Shown piece by piece: positions 11,801 through 20,420 of a DNA stretch of 40,129 bases. The stretch's first letter is position 1. Each line of letters begins with the position of its first letter. The stretch spans positions 1-40,129 of the forward strand of contig JAUYMX010000301.1 in the NCBI GenBank assembly GCA_030699345.1, given 5' to 3'. Source of the stretch: Methylococcaceae bacterium (GTDB lineage Bacteria; Pseudomonadota; Gammaproteobacteria; Methylococcales; Methylomonadaceae). A program made the translations under genes and the position numbers. Below the pieces are notes generated by a model. That model searched no databases and was not told the origin of the DNA. It worked only from the letters and a program-made list of their open reading frames with translations.

Positions 11801-14800
11801 CACCAGTGTCCGCGTAGAAGAATTCCAACCTGATCGACTGCAAGTTAAAACCGATATTCCGACAGCGCCCGCCAAAGGCTGGTTGGTGCCTGAGGCGGCC
11901 AAAGCCCGCGTGACGGTCCGTAATCTGTTCGGCACCCCAGCCGAAGGTAACATTGCCAAACTGGAACTGACCGCACGCCCTTGGGCAGGCATTGTGCCGG
12001 GCTATGCCGACTACCGTTTTCGGCCGACCGTGGTAGAAAACATTCCCGATATTCCTCAAACGCTGGGCGAGTTAACGACCAATGCGCAGGGCGAAGCTAT
12101 TTTCGATTTGCCGTTAGCGGCGATTACCGAACCGGTCTATGAAATTGCCTTAGCTGGCGAAGGCTTTGAAAAAGGCGCGGGCCGTTCAGTGGTGGCGATG
12201 GCGTCGACGCTGGTTTCCAGACAAGCTTATCTGCTGGGTTACCGTGCCGACGGTGCGTTGGATTACGTACCCAAAGACACGAAACGTACTCTGGAATTGC
12301 TGGCCTTGGGGGCCGATTTTCAACCGCGCAAAGCGGAAACCTTGTCAGCGGAAATCTATGAAAATCGCTATGTCTCGACCTTGGTAAAACGTGACGACGG
12401 GCTGTATCAATATCAATCGGTGCAAGGCCAGGAGCTGCGCAAAACCCAAGCCGTGTCATTAAATAACGGCGTGACTGGCTTTGTATTACCTAGCGAAGCC
12501 CCCGGCCAGTTCTTTGTAATCTTCAAGAACGCGCAGGGCGAAGAATTAAATCGTGTCGATTACACGGTCGCAGGCGAAGGTAATGTCTCGCGCAACATCG
12601 AACACAATGCCGAGCTTAATTTGACCCTGAACAAAAAGGAGTTCCAACCCGGAGAAACTATAGAACTGCAGATTGTCGCGCCCTACGTCGGTGCGGGATT
12701 GATCACCGTTGAACAGGATGGCGTATTGACTAATCAATGGTTTAAAACCACCACCACCGCATCCAGCCACCGTATTACCTTGCCCAAAAACATCAGCGGC
12801 AATGCCTATCTTTCCGTGGCTTTTGTGCGCTCGTTGGATTCCAAAGAAATCTACATGAGTCCGCTCAGTTATGGCGTGATGCCGTTCAGTATCTCCAAGC
12901 AGCGCTTTACGCAGGAGATTAGCCTGAATGTTCCTGAGACAGTAAAGCCGGGCACACCTCTTGATGTCCGTTACAGCGTTAAAGAGCCGACCAAACTGGT
13001 GTTGTACGCGGTTGATGAAGGCATATTGCAGTTTGCCCATTACAAAAATCCGACACCGCTGGATTATTTTTTCCGCAAACGCGCCTTACAAGTCAACACC
13101 CACCAGATTCTTGATTTGATACTGCCGGACTTTGCTTTAGTGCAAAACCTGTCGGCACCCGGCGGCGATGAAAACGCGGCAATGCTGGGCAAATATAAAA
13201 ATCCGTTTGCCCGCAAGCACAAAGCGCCGATGGCATTCTGGTCCGGCATTATCGACGCGCAACCCGGCGAACATAACTTGTCGATACCCGTGCCGGATTA
13301 TTTTAACGGCAGCATTCGCGTCATCGCCGTGGCTGTTAATGCCGGGAAACTGGCGGTGCCGGTGACTAAAACCGTTGCCAGCCAGGATTATGTGATTCAA
13401 CCCCAACAGCCCTGGGTTGCCGCGCCGGGCGATGAGTTTGATATGGGCGTATTGGTCGCCAACAATAGCGGCGAAGCCGGTAGCCAGTCCTTGCAGGTTA
13501 GCGTTGTCGCTGGCGATTCGCTGGAATTGCTCTCGCCTAATCCGCAGCCCCTGGCGTTGGCGCAAGGGCAGGACGGCACCGTGCGTTTTCATGCCCGCGT
13601 TAAAGATAAACTCGGGCCAATCAACGTGCGTTATCAAGTTACAGGTGGCGGAAAAAGTGCTGATTACAGCGAGGAAATGAGCATACGGCCATCGCAACCT
13701 TTGCTCACCACGCTGCAAGGCGGCGTATTAACCATTGAGGAACAACGCAAAGGTAAAACCCGCAGCCTGGATTTAAAACGCGAGCTTTACGACGAACAGC
13801 GCAATGCCGAACTGGCGGTGTCAATCACACCGGCGGCTTATTTGCGCGGTATTGTTGATTTTTTGAAAAACTATCCATACGGCTGTACCGAACAGATCAC
13901 CAGTCAGGCATTCCCGGCTGCCGTGCTGGGGGCTAATCCTGAGTTGGGTTTATCAACGGCGGATGTCGACAAGCTGTTGGATCGAAGCATACACACCCTG
14001 CAAACCCGCCAAAAACATGACGGTAGTTTTGGCTATTGGAGCGTTGCGGACGAGGGCGAACCGTTCTATTCCATGTACGCCACCCATTTGTTGCTGGAGG
14101 CCGGGGAACGCGGTTACAAAGTACAAGAGGCCATGTTGACGCGGGCCCTGCATTTTGCCGATGAATATTCGCAAAGTCAGCAAACGCAGCAGTACCAGCA
14201 TGACGCCCAAGCCTATGCGTTTTATTTGCTGGCCCGCAACGGCCAGAATGTCGCCGAGCGCTTACGTGCGTTTGAAGCCGAATTGCAATCCCAAAGTCAG
14301 GCGAGTGGCAACCCGATCAGTAGCCGAACCCGGTTTTTTATCGGCGCTGCTTACAAGCTGCATCATCTGGATCAGGATGCCGATCGCCACTTTGGCGAGT
14401 TTCAGCGCCAGTGGCAAGCCACTGGCCAACTGCCCAAAGATATTCAAAATAATCCGGAAGATCTAAGCCTGTATCTTTATTTGGTGGGTAAACACCTGCC
14501 GGAATTGATTGATAGTAAAGACCCGAAATTCGGTCATTATCTCCTCGAATTGGCTCAGGATTTGGTTAAACAACGCATGAATTCTTACCGCGGCTCCATG
14601 GCCTTGCTGGGCTTGGGGAGTCTGTGGTCGCGCTTTGATCATGGACAGGATCAGAACCAGCAACAAGCCTTCACCGTACTGGCCGGTACACCGCTGGCGC
14701 AACTGGAACTGCAAGGTAAATCCGTCAAAAGTACATTGCTGTCGCCAACCACAAGGCCGCTGGAAATACGCGGCGAAGGCACCTGGAATTTGTATTATCA

Positions 14801-15269
14801 ACTCAGTGAACGCGGTTACGATCGTTCCGCGCCAACAGCCGCCATTGCCGAAAAACTGACCATCAACCGTCAGTTGCTCAACGAAAAAGGCGAAAAAGTC
14901 GAACAAATCGGCTTGCAGGATAAATTGCACATTCGTGTGGCCTTGCATCCGGACCATGCCATGCAAGACATTGCCGTCGTCATGCTGATTCCCGGCGGTT
15001 TTGAAATAGACCTCAGCGAGCAAGGCTTGGCGCAGCGTAAATCGCTGCCAATCGACAAAAAACCATTATGGCAACCTGATTACATCGACGTGCAAGAAGA
15101 CCGCTTGGTGTTGTTCGGTGCGCTGGACGGCGGTGAAAAATATTTCGAATTCCGCTTAAAACCGCTGAATTCGGGAACGTACAAAGTGCCGCCGGTGTTC
15201 GCAGAAGGCATGTATGACACTGAAATTCTGTACCGGGGGCTGGCGGATGTTATTAAGGTGAAGGAGTGA
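8862..15269 (+). CDS. Bacterial alpha-2-macroglobulin family lipoprotein (YfhM/ECAM type) with an intact thioester motif
   Basis: Giant ORF. Signal peptide plus lipobox (LLILTGC) follows the ATG at 8862; the ATG at 8847 or the ORF-track start at 8787 are alternatives. Thioester motif YPYGCTEQITSQ has CTEQ at 13884-13895. pbpC lies downstream, as in enterobacterial yfhM-pbpC. Confidence 0.85.
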   Translation: MRIVPRKNVFSVLLTLVFLLILTGCKEETKTAAPPAVYLLNHQHWTPALVLNFTDALAPPDDNRQALLDATPQLEPAIEGEWHWQDPSRLVFLPANKTLQPDTTLKISLDKVKLYPGYRLSQKNLTFHTPPMQITRQECRWQDSDDAPLRRALELLVEFNYPLVNPSFTAALDNGTEIGINTNQGTLITASTDFLVRPSQDSKIIAKLHSGSVQLQTRDQSVINAKLATGADCELAMVRGDWDKPEANTQPTVNGIEISMDDGKLNVRLTGEALTESAKKTGAGQVVTNGAKISPELEGSWKVGESAEGPDLIFTPKSPDAFKPGSPYEVTVAASVFPTLIFNKPDYSASLTTLDMSAAINSIQLYSDPVDPKIKRATATLIFSYPPSRDSLAAKTSAWSRLLPAKSFQDAVAYEISYDDKNPRLAYLKTVPLKIADKPSEIKIALDNGITAASGGKPAQGSSRTLAIPGALDYLQVTELDVNSVIKEDDSIERLIMLQTNVALKEPAGLEKAVEVYLLPDCQIKNPARPALCAQKDVTEWQSANQVDAEVIKLSTAVPVKWRDSGSEDKTIQHLTFAAPENQQLFIKVNKGIASIDGFYLSKDARYLKELGANKRELKILHEGALLSLSGNKKLGVTARGIDNIHVELQRVLPHNMQHIVQFTSGSFQNPRFKLPIEHFAEKFEYDETLPPGKTMERNYLTVDFGKFTRDKGFPPRGLFILSVAEKKPDTCKDKDTADTTASADTQTSDEHADETACVDNSDDSETSGVTQDKRLVLLTDMGLVVKTSTNGQQDIFVMSFRTGLPVSDVQISLLGKNGVALFSGKTDRQGKISFPTTEGLTAEKTPTVYLAEKDGDLSFLPYNRDNRQLDISRFDIDGLRDNADSLQAYLFSDRGIYRPGDLVHVGVILRKRDWSALPSGLPLKAIITDPENQEVWSRTLAFGAEGFEEINWLSPDGGKTGSYRIELIINDKNKKSLGSTSVRVEEFQPDRLQVKTDIPTAPAKGWLVPEAAKARVTVRNLFGTPAEGNIAKLELTARPWAGIVPGYADYRFRPTVVENIPDIPQTLGELTTNAQGEAIFDLPLAAITEPVYEIALAGEGFEKGAGRSVVAMASTLVSRQAYLLGYRADGALDYVPKDTKRTLELLALGADFQPRKAETLSAEIYENRYVSTLVKRDDGLYQYQSVQGQELRKTQAVSLNNGVTGFVLPSEAPGQFFVIFKNAQGEELNRVDYTVAGEGNVSRNIEHNAELNLTLNKKEFQPGETIELQIVAPYVGAGLITVEQDGVLTNQWFKTTTTASSHRITLPKNISGNAYLSVAFVRSLDSKEIYMSPLSYGVMPFSISKQRFTQEISLNVPETVKPGTPLDVRYSVKEPTKLVLYAVDEGILQFAHYKNPTPLDYFFRKRALQVNTHQILDLILPDFALVQNLSAPGGDENAAMLGKYKNPFARKHKAPMAFWSGIIDAQPGEHNLSIPVPDYFNGSIRVIAVAVNAGKLAVPVTKTVASQDYVIQPQQPWVAAPGDEFDMGVLVANNSGEAGSQSLQVSVVAGDSLELLSPNPQPLALAQGQDGTVRFHARVKDKLGPINVRYQVTGGGKSADYSEEMSIRPSQPLLTTLQGGVLTIEEQRKGKTRSLDLKRELYDEQRNAELAVSITPAAYLRGIVDFLKNYPYGCTEQITSQAFPAAVLGANPELGLSTADVDKLLDRSIHTLQTRQKHDGSFGYWSVADEGEPFYSMYATHLLLEAGERGYKVQEAMLTRALHFADEYSQSQQTQQYQHDAQAYAFYLLARNGQNVAERLRAFEAELQSQSQASGNPISSRTRFFIGAAYKLHHLDQDADRHFGEFQRQWQATGQLPKDIQNNPEDLSLYLYLVGKHLPELIDSKDPKFGHYLLELAQDLVKQRMNSYRGSMALLGLGSLWSRFDHGQDQNQQQAFTVLAGTPLAQLELQGKSVKSTLLSPTTRPLEIRGEGTWNLYYQLSERGYDRSAPTAAIAEKLTINRQLLNEKGEKVEQIGLQDKLHIRVALHPDHAMQDIAVVMLIPGGFEIDLSEQGLAQRKSLPIDKKPLWQPDYIDVQEDRLVLFGALDGGEKYFEFRLKPLNSGTYKVPPVFAEGMYDTEILYRGLADVIKVKE

Positions 15270-15277
15270 TAACCGGC

Positions 15278-15613
15278 ATGGCTGGTTTGAAAATGACTAC
15301 GATGACGGTTAAAGAAATGCGCGCCGCTCGTGAGCGCGGCGAATCGAAAACCGATCTGGAGTTCTTGCACCACAACCAATTGGCCGGTTTAGAACCCGAA
15401 GATGACGAGGACGCCCCCGACGCCAGTGTTGTCATGCGGGAAGCAATCGCCAAACGCCGGGCTGGACGCCCAGCGGGCAGCGGAAATAAGGAGGAGGTTG
15501 CCATCCGTTTTGATAAGGACGTATTGGAAGCGTTTCGATCCACTGGTCGCGGCTGGCAAACACGGATGAACGACGCACTCAAAACGTGGCTAAAAGAACA
15601 TGCTGCGAGGTAA
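15278..15613 (+). CDS. BrnA-like (DUF4415) type II antitoxin family protein, with no cognate toxin gene
   Basis: The C-terminus RRAGRPAGSGNKEEVAIRFDKDVLEAFRSTGRGWQTRMNDALKTWLKEH matches the BrnA/DUF4415 pattern (GRP...V.iRlD.DVle.F...G.GwQTRiN.aLr). The start is uncertain: GTG at 15266 overlaps the macroglobulin stop, and ATG is at 15278. Confidence 0.6.
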   Translation: MAGLKMTTMTVKEMRAARERGESKTDLEFLHHNQLAGLEPEDDEDAPDASVVMREAIAKRRAGRPAGSGNKEEVAIRFDKDVLEAFRSTGRGWQTRMNDALKTWLKEHAAR

Positions 15614-15698
15614 GTCCGGCAAATGATTCGAGTAAATTGCAGGTTGGTTAATCTTGAGTCTCTGCTGAGTTTCGCGATGCTCTACCCAGCCTACGAGC

Positions 15699-15872
15699 TA
15701 TGCCATCGCTACTGGAAGAGCCGACCGAGATATAAGTCCGGATTTAAAAGGTGCAATGCCACCAGCCACATCCGGTAACTTTGCAGCCGTAACCGAGCCA
15801 CAAGAAGCCGCTAAATTATTACGTGCTATAGATGCTGAAGGCAGTCTTAAATTTAAGAGCAGTAAGCAATAG
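15699..15872 (+). pseudogene. Remnant of a P4-type tyrosine integrase (about 55 internal codons only)
   Basis: Translation YAIATGRADRDISPDLKGAMPPATSGNFAAVTEPQEAAKLLRAIDAEGS matches the conserved YAiaTGRAeRDp..dLrGAL...aaitep.e...LLraid block of P4-like integrases. There is no N-terminal domain and no catalytic domain. A stop lies upstream at 15666 and the frame ends at TAG 15870. Confidence 0.6.
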
Positions 15873-15893
15873 GTAGTTGTTCATTTTTTATAT

Positions 15894-15931
15894 ATGTACA
15901 TTATTTGTGAACTGACTAAAATAATGTACAT
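15894..15931. promoter_or_regulatory. Perfect 12-bp inverted repeat, candidate operator upstream of the wHTH gene
   Basis: ATGTACATTATT (15894-15905) and AATAATGTACAT (15920-15931), separated by 14 nt and ending 26 nt before the start at 15957. Confidence 0.4.
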
Positions 15932-15956
15932 GCAAAAGTGTTCAAGAGATATATAG

Positions 15957-17000
15957 GTGAAAGAACAAGACATATTAGGTGGTGCGATAAGTGCATTAAC
16001 ACTAGCTACAGGCATCGTGATAGGGGTAGAGCGCCATGAGTATAGGCAAGAAAACTTAATTTTTGATGCAACAGGCAGCTTATATGTTGATGGTGAGCAA
16101 ATACCACTTGTTATTGAAGTTAAGTTTAGGCCGACACCTACGATACTTATGCTGTCAAAGCTAAAGGATATTCCGGGGCGATTACTTATAGTTGCTGATT
16201 ATGTAAATCCAAAATTGGCAGAACAACTAAAGGAACAGGATATTTGGTTTTTGGATACTGTAGGTAACGCATATATAAACCAAAAGCCCGTGTTTGTATT
16301 CATTAGAGGAAATAAGCCGACAGAAAAGCCAGTTATACGTACTCTAGGCCGTGCATTTCAACCCACAGGACTGAAGATTATTTACACCTTTCTGTGCAAT
16401 CCAGAGCTAGTTAATGCGCCCTATCGTGAAATTGCTCGAACAGCAGGTGTTGCATTGGGCACGGTAGGCTGGGTAATGACAGACCTTAATGAACTAGGAC
16501 ACCTTGTCGATATGGGCAATCGAGGTCGCCGCTTAAAAGATAAACAGAAATTGTTAGAGCGCTGGATTATTGCCTACTCAGAAAAGTTACGTCCCAAGTT
16601 GCAAACAGGAAGGTACAAAGCGCCAAACCCAGCCTGGTGGCAGACAGCCGATTTGCATAATTTACAAGCTTACTGGGGAGGTGAAGTAGCCGCCGATAAG
16701 TTAACACATTATTTAAAACCGGAAATCATCACTTTATATGTGATGGAAAAATGGGCGGCCAAGCTAAAAATCACCAATCAATTAAGAAAAGATCCAGACG
16801 GCGACGTGGAAATACTCAATGCTTTTTGGGACGTTGAGAGTGAAAAAAATAGAAAAGATATTGTTAACCCAATATTGATATACGCCGACTTGATGGCAAC
16901 CGGCGACCCCAGAAACATTGAAACAGCTCAAATTATTTATGAACAAAAACTTGCTCAACATTTCCGGGAAGATCAGCGAGCCGATAATCAAAGTTTATGA
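15957..17000 (+). CDS. wHTH-containing protein, putative regulator/antitoxin partner of the downstream nucleotidyltransferase (AbiEi-like arrangement)
   Basis: 347-aa ORF in an AT-rich segment with a GTG start. The central segment YREIARTAGVALGTVGWVMTDLNELGHL looks like a winged helix-turn-helix. It is immediately followed by, and probably overlaps, an NTase-fold gene. The functional label is inference. Confidence 0.4.
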   Translation: MKEQDILGGAISALTLATGIVIGVERHEYRQENLIFDATGSLYVDGEQIPLVIEVKFRPTPTILMLSKLKDIPGRLLIVADYVNPKLAEQLKEQDIWFLDTVGNAYINQKPVFVFIRGNKPTEKPVIRTLGRAFQPTGLKIIYTFLCNPELVNAPYREIARTAGVALGTVGWVMTDLNELGHLVDMGNRGRRLKDKQKLLERWIIAYSEKLRPKLQTGRYKAPNPAWWQTADLHNLQAYWGGEVAADKLTHYLKPEIITLYVMEKWAAKLKITNQLRKDPDGDVEILNAFWDVESEKNRKDIVNPILIYADLMATGDPRNIETAQIIYEQKLAQHFREDQRADNQSL

Positions 17001-17811
17001 ATTGATTAAAGAAGTAGCCAACCAAAACAACGTGAAATTTTTTGTTATTGGTGCGACAGCCTGAGACATGGTGTTTGAATACGGCTACGGCATACCAGCA
17101 TCCAGGGCGACAGGAGATATTGATTTAGCAGTTCAAGTTGCAACATGGACTGAGTTTCAAAGCCTAAAAAACGCATTAATAGCAACAGGACAATTTGTAA
17201 TCGATAAAATGATGCAACGTGTTGTGTACTACCAAAACGATATACCAATAGACATTGTCCCATTCGGAGCTATTGAAAATGAAAGCAATATTAGCTGGCC
17301 GCCGGATGGTAGCTTAAAAATGAATGTTGCAGGATTTAATGATGCTTTTTACTTCACCCAAACCGTCAGGTTACGCGAAAACCCCAAATTAGAAATTCAA
17401 GTTGTCACTCCCGCCGCACTGGTGATTTTAAAGCTAATGGCATGGCAGGATCGGTCATCAGAACATAACAAAGATGCCATTGATTTAGCTTTTATTTTAC
17501 GCTGGTATCTGGACACAGGGCATACCGAAAGATTAACAGAGCAACATAACGATTTATTAGATGATGATTTTGATTTCGAGCTGACAGGCGCAAGACTTTT
17601 AGGCCGCGATATTGCTGGTATCGTTTCAGTGCAAACCAAACAAAAATTGCATGAAATTTTAAGCATAGAAACTGGCGAACAAAAACAATATCGGCTGATT
17701 GAGGCGATGACAAACCGACAAAATGGACAGACGTTTGAAAAAAACTTGGCACTGCTACAGCACTTATATTTAGGCTTTAACGAAACAAAAGATAACAAAC
17801 TTCAGAATTAG
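16939..17811 (+). pseudogene. Nucleotidyltransferase-fold protein (AbiEii/MNT-like) interrupted by an in-frame TGA at 17062-17064
   Basis: The track ORF 17068-17811 starts with MVFEYGYGIPASRATGDIDLAV (NTase G..D.D motif). The same frame upstream reads MNKNLLNISGKISEPIIKVYELIKEVANQNNVKFFVIGATA-TGA-D-MVFEY. The N-terminal helix and the first strand of the fold therefore lie before a stop codon. Confidence 0.55.
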
Positions 17812-17842
17812 CAAAAATAATTAGGATCGTATGATGGGTAGA

Positions 17843-17870
17843 ACGCAGTGAAACCCATCTTGGGCGCTTA
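17843..17870. repeat. REP-like hairpin remnant
   Basis: GATGGGTAGAACGCAGTGAAACCCATC forms a 7-bp stem (GATGGGT/ACCCATC). It resembles the GGTGGATAAGCGCAGCGCATCCACC family and lies between the NTase gene and pbpC. Confidence 0.4.
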
Positions 17871-17891
17871 AAGCAAGGCAAGCCAAAATAC

Positions 17892-20198
17892 ATGAGATTT
17901 ACCGCTAACGCGTTGAAACTGTCACCAATCAAGCCAGCACTGTTAGCCGCTGTGTTACTGCTATTGATCTGGCTGGGTTTGGGTCTTACCCCTCAACCCC
18001 TGCTGGTTAACCGCGCCAACGGCTCTTATGCCGTTACCGACAACAACGGCCATTTGTTGCGGTTGAGCCTGACGTCTGATGAAAAATACCGGCTATGGAC
18101 GCCGCTGGTCGAGCTCCCGCAAACCTTACAAAATGCCACCTTGCATTACGAAGATCGCTGGTTTTATCAACATCCTGGCATCAATCCGGTAGCTTTGTGC
18201 CGAGCGGTTTTGAGCAGTCTGGTTCCCCATAATCGCTGGATGGGCGCATCGACATTAACTATGCAATTGGCCCGCCAGCGTTGGCGGCTGAAGACGGATA
18301 CCGTTACCGGCAAGCTGAAACAGATGGCTTATGCCTTGTGGCTGGAACGGCATTTCAGCAAAACCGAACTGTTGCAGGCCTATTTAAACCTTGCACCTTA
18401 CGGCGCCAACATTGAAGGCGCGGGCGCTGCCGCCTGGGTTTATTTTCACAAACCGGTGTCGGCGCTTAGCCAGGATGAAGCCCGCGCGCTGGCATTGATT
18501 CCACAAAATCCCAGTGCGCGGGCGCCGATGACTCCGGCGGCGTTGCAACGGCTGCGTCAGGCTTGGCGAACTGCCTACGGCGATGATCCGGGATTCGACA
18601 GACTTTGGTTTAGGTTGCGTAAAGATCTGCCGTTTCGAGCGCCGCATTTTTCCGAACGACTGCATGCGCTTCATCCAGACGCGGCAACGCTGCCTTCGAC
18701 GCTGGATACTACCGTTCAGGAATTAAGCGAAGAATTGCTGGCCGGATTTTTACGCCAGCATCATCTGCAAGGCGTTGTTAATGCCAGTGTGATGGTGGTG
18801 CATGCGCCGAGCATGTCTGTGTTGGGTTATGTGGGGTCTGCGGATTATTTCAATCGGGATATTCAAGGCTATGTTAACGGCTTGAAAGCCCCGCGTTCGC
18901 CCGGTTCCACGCTTAAACCTTTTATTTATGCGCAGGCCATTGCGCAAGGGTTGATTACGCCGGATACCCGCGTTAAGGATACGCCGTTGCGGATGGGCGA
19001 TTACCAGCCGGAGAATTTCGAACGCAATTTCTACGGGCCGTTGTCGGCGACCGATGCGTTGGTACGCAGTCGTAATATTCCGGCGATCAGTTTGTTGGCG
19101 CAACTGCAAAAACCGACTTTTCACCAGTTTTTACTACAACCGGGCATACCTATTCCTAAGCAAGCGGCCAATTACGGACTGAGCTTGGCGATAGGCAGTG
19201 CCGAGATTTCGATGGAAGATTTACTCAGGCTGTATGGCTTGCTGGCTAATAATGGCGAGTTGAAAGCGTTGCGCTGGTTAAACCAAACCGACCCATCACC
19301 GCAAGCGAATAAGCCGCTATTACTGCCGGAAGCGGCGTTTTTAGTGAGGGAAATGCTGGAAACCAATCCACGCCCGCAACGCAGTTTTGGCGGGCGTAGT
19401 TTCGGTCAACAGCAAGCGGTCGCCTGGAAAACCGGTACGTCTTCGGGCCTGAAGGATGCCTGGGCCATCGGCATCATGGGTGATCTAATGGTTGGCGTTT
19501 GGGCGGGTAATTTCGACGGCAGCCCCAATCGTCATTTAGTTGGTCGGGAATTGGTCGGCCCCTTGTTGTTTGGCGTTCTCGATGCCATCGCTATGGAACG
19601 TCCGATGGCCGACTCTGATGCAAAATCGCCCACCGGCCTAAAGCGTATAGAAATCTGCCCGTTATCCGGTCAGCCTGTTTCGCCCTGGTGTCCGCGTGGC
19701 AAAACCGGCTGGATTATTCCGGGCGTATCACCGATTAAAACCTGTACCCTCCACCGCCGGATCAGGATTAATCCGGCCAACGGTTTACGCCTGTGTCCGG
19801 ACGATCAACGCCAAGGCGAAACGCGGGTGGCAGAATTTTGGGACAGCGATGAATTAGAGTCTTTTCGCCAAGCCGGAGTGCGGCGCGACAATCCACCCGC
19901 CTTCGAGCGTTCATGTGACGATGCAACCGAAAGCAATGCCGCCGCCAATCCGCCCAAGATTGTCTCGCCGCAGGCGGGAGTGAGTTATCCGGTCAGGGCG
20001 GGGCAGCAAAACACCATAGAATTTAGCGCCATCTCTGCGGGCGGACGACATCGTTTATTTTGGTTTGTAGACGATGATTTTATCGGCGAAGGCACTACGG
20101 TATTTTGGCCCGGTAAACCCGGCCAGTTTGCAGTCGCGGTTATTGACGATCAGGGGCAGTCGGCCAGTGCCGCTTTTAAGGTGGTGCCGACCGATTAA
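17892..20198 (+). CDS. pbpC: Penicillin-binding protein 1C (bifunctional glycosyltransferase/transpeptidase)
   Basis: GT51 motifs EDRWFYQHPGINP and GASTLTMQLAR. Transpeptidase motifs SPGSTLKP (SxxK), SRN and KTGTS. It has a C-terminal extension of the PBP1C type, an N-terminal membrane anchor, and a macroglobulin gene upstream. Confidence 0.9.
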   Translation: MRFTANALKLSPIKPALLAAVLLLLIWLGLGLTPQPLLVNRANGSYAVTDNNGHLLRLSLTSDEKYRLWTPLVELPQTLQNATLHYEDRWFYQHPGINPVALCRAVLSSLVPHNRWMGASTLTMQLARQRWRLKTDTVTGKLKQMAYALWLERHFSKTELLQAYLNLAPYGANIEGAGAAAWVYFHKPVSALSQDEARALALIPQNPSARAPMTPAALQRLRQAWRTAYGDDPGFDRLWFRLRKDLPFRAPHFSERLHALHPDAATLPSTLDTTVQELSEELLAGFLRQHHLQGVVNASVMVVHAPSMSVLGYVGSADYFNRDIQGYVNGLKAPRSPGSTLKPFIYAQAIAQGLITPDTRVKDTPLRMGDYQPENFERNFYGPLSATDALVRSRNIPAISLLAQLQKPTFHQFLLQPGIPIPKQAANYGLSLAIGSAEISMEDLLRLYGLLANNGELKALRWLNQTDPSPQANKPLLLPEAAFLVREMLETNPRPQRSFGGRSFGQQQAVAWKTGTSSGLKDAWAIGIMGDLMVGVWAGNFDGSPNRHLVGRELVGPLLFGVLDAIAMERPMADSDAKSPTGLKRIEICPLSGQPVSPWCPRGKTGWIIPGVSPIKTCTLHRRIRINPANGLRLCPDDQRQGETRVAEFWDSDELESFRQAGVRRDNPPAFERSCDDATESNAAANPPKIVSPQAGVSYPVRAGQQNTIEFSAISAGGRHRLFWFVDDDFIGEGTTVFWPGKPGQFAVAVIDDQGQSASAAFKVVPTD

Positions 20199-20254
20199 TG
20201 GGTTGTGTTGATTACGGATTCCAACCCCCCTACCGTTAACTTCAAATCACCCCG

Positions 20255-20297
20255 ATGTAATACATGTCTTAAAACATTAACTTGCCTGTCACTGAAA
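20255..20297 (+). promoter_or_regulatory. Conserved leader box (copy 1) about 125 nt upstream of riboswitch-like copy 1
   Basis: ATGTAATACATGTCTTAAAACATTAACTTGCCTGTCACTGAAA is closely similar to 21597-21639. It may be a promoter or operator, but the function is unproven. Confidence 0.3.
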
Positions 20298-20420
20298 TGT
20301 CTCAATCAACCAGTAATCTACAGGCATTCAAAAAACCAAGCGGTTGATTGCTTTGGTCTTTAGTAAAAATGGTTCGGGGGGCGCGTTTTACCCCTGTGTT
20401 GTTATTTCAAAATCAGAACA

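Noticed and set aside
15080-15582. Minus-strand ORFs 15080-15379 and 15253-15582 opposite the macroglobulin 3' end and the BrnA-like gene
   Set aside because: The + strand frame carries a recognisable BrnA/DUF4415 C-terminal motif. The minus-strand products are Ser/Arg/Ala-rich with no features.
17062-17064. The in-frame TGA in the nucleotidyltransferase gene as selenocysteine or programmed readthrough
   Set aside because: The expected residue in the ...IGATA-x-D... context is not a catalytic Cys/Sec position, and I saw no obvious SECIS-like hairpin immediately downstream. A simple nonsense mutation (or a sequencing error) is more parsimonious.
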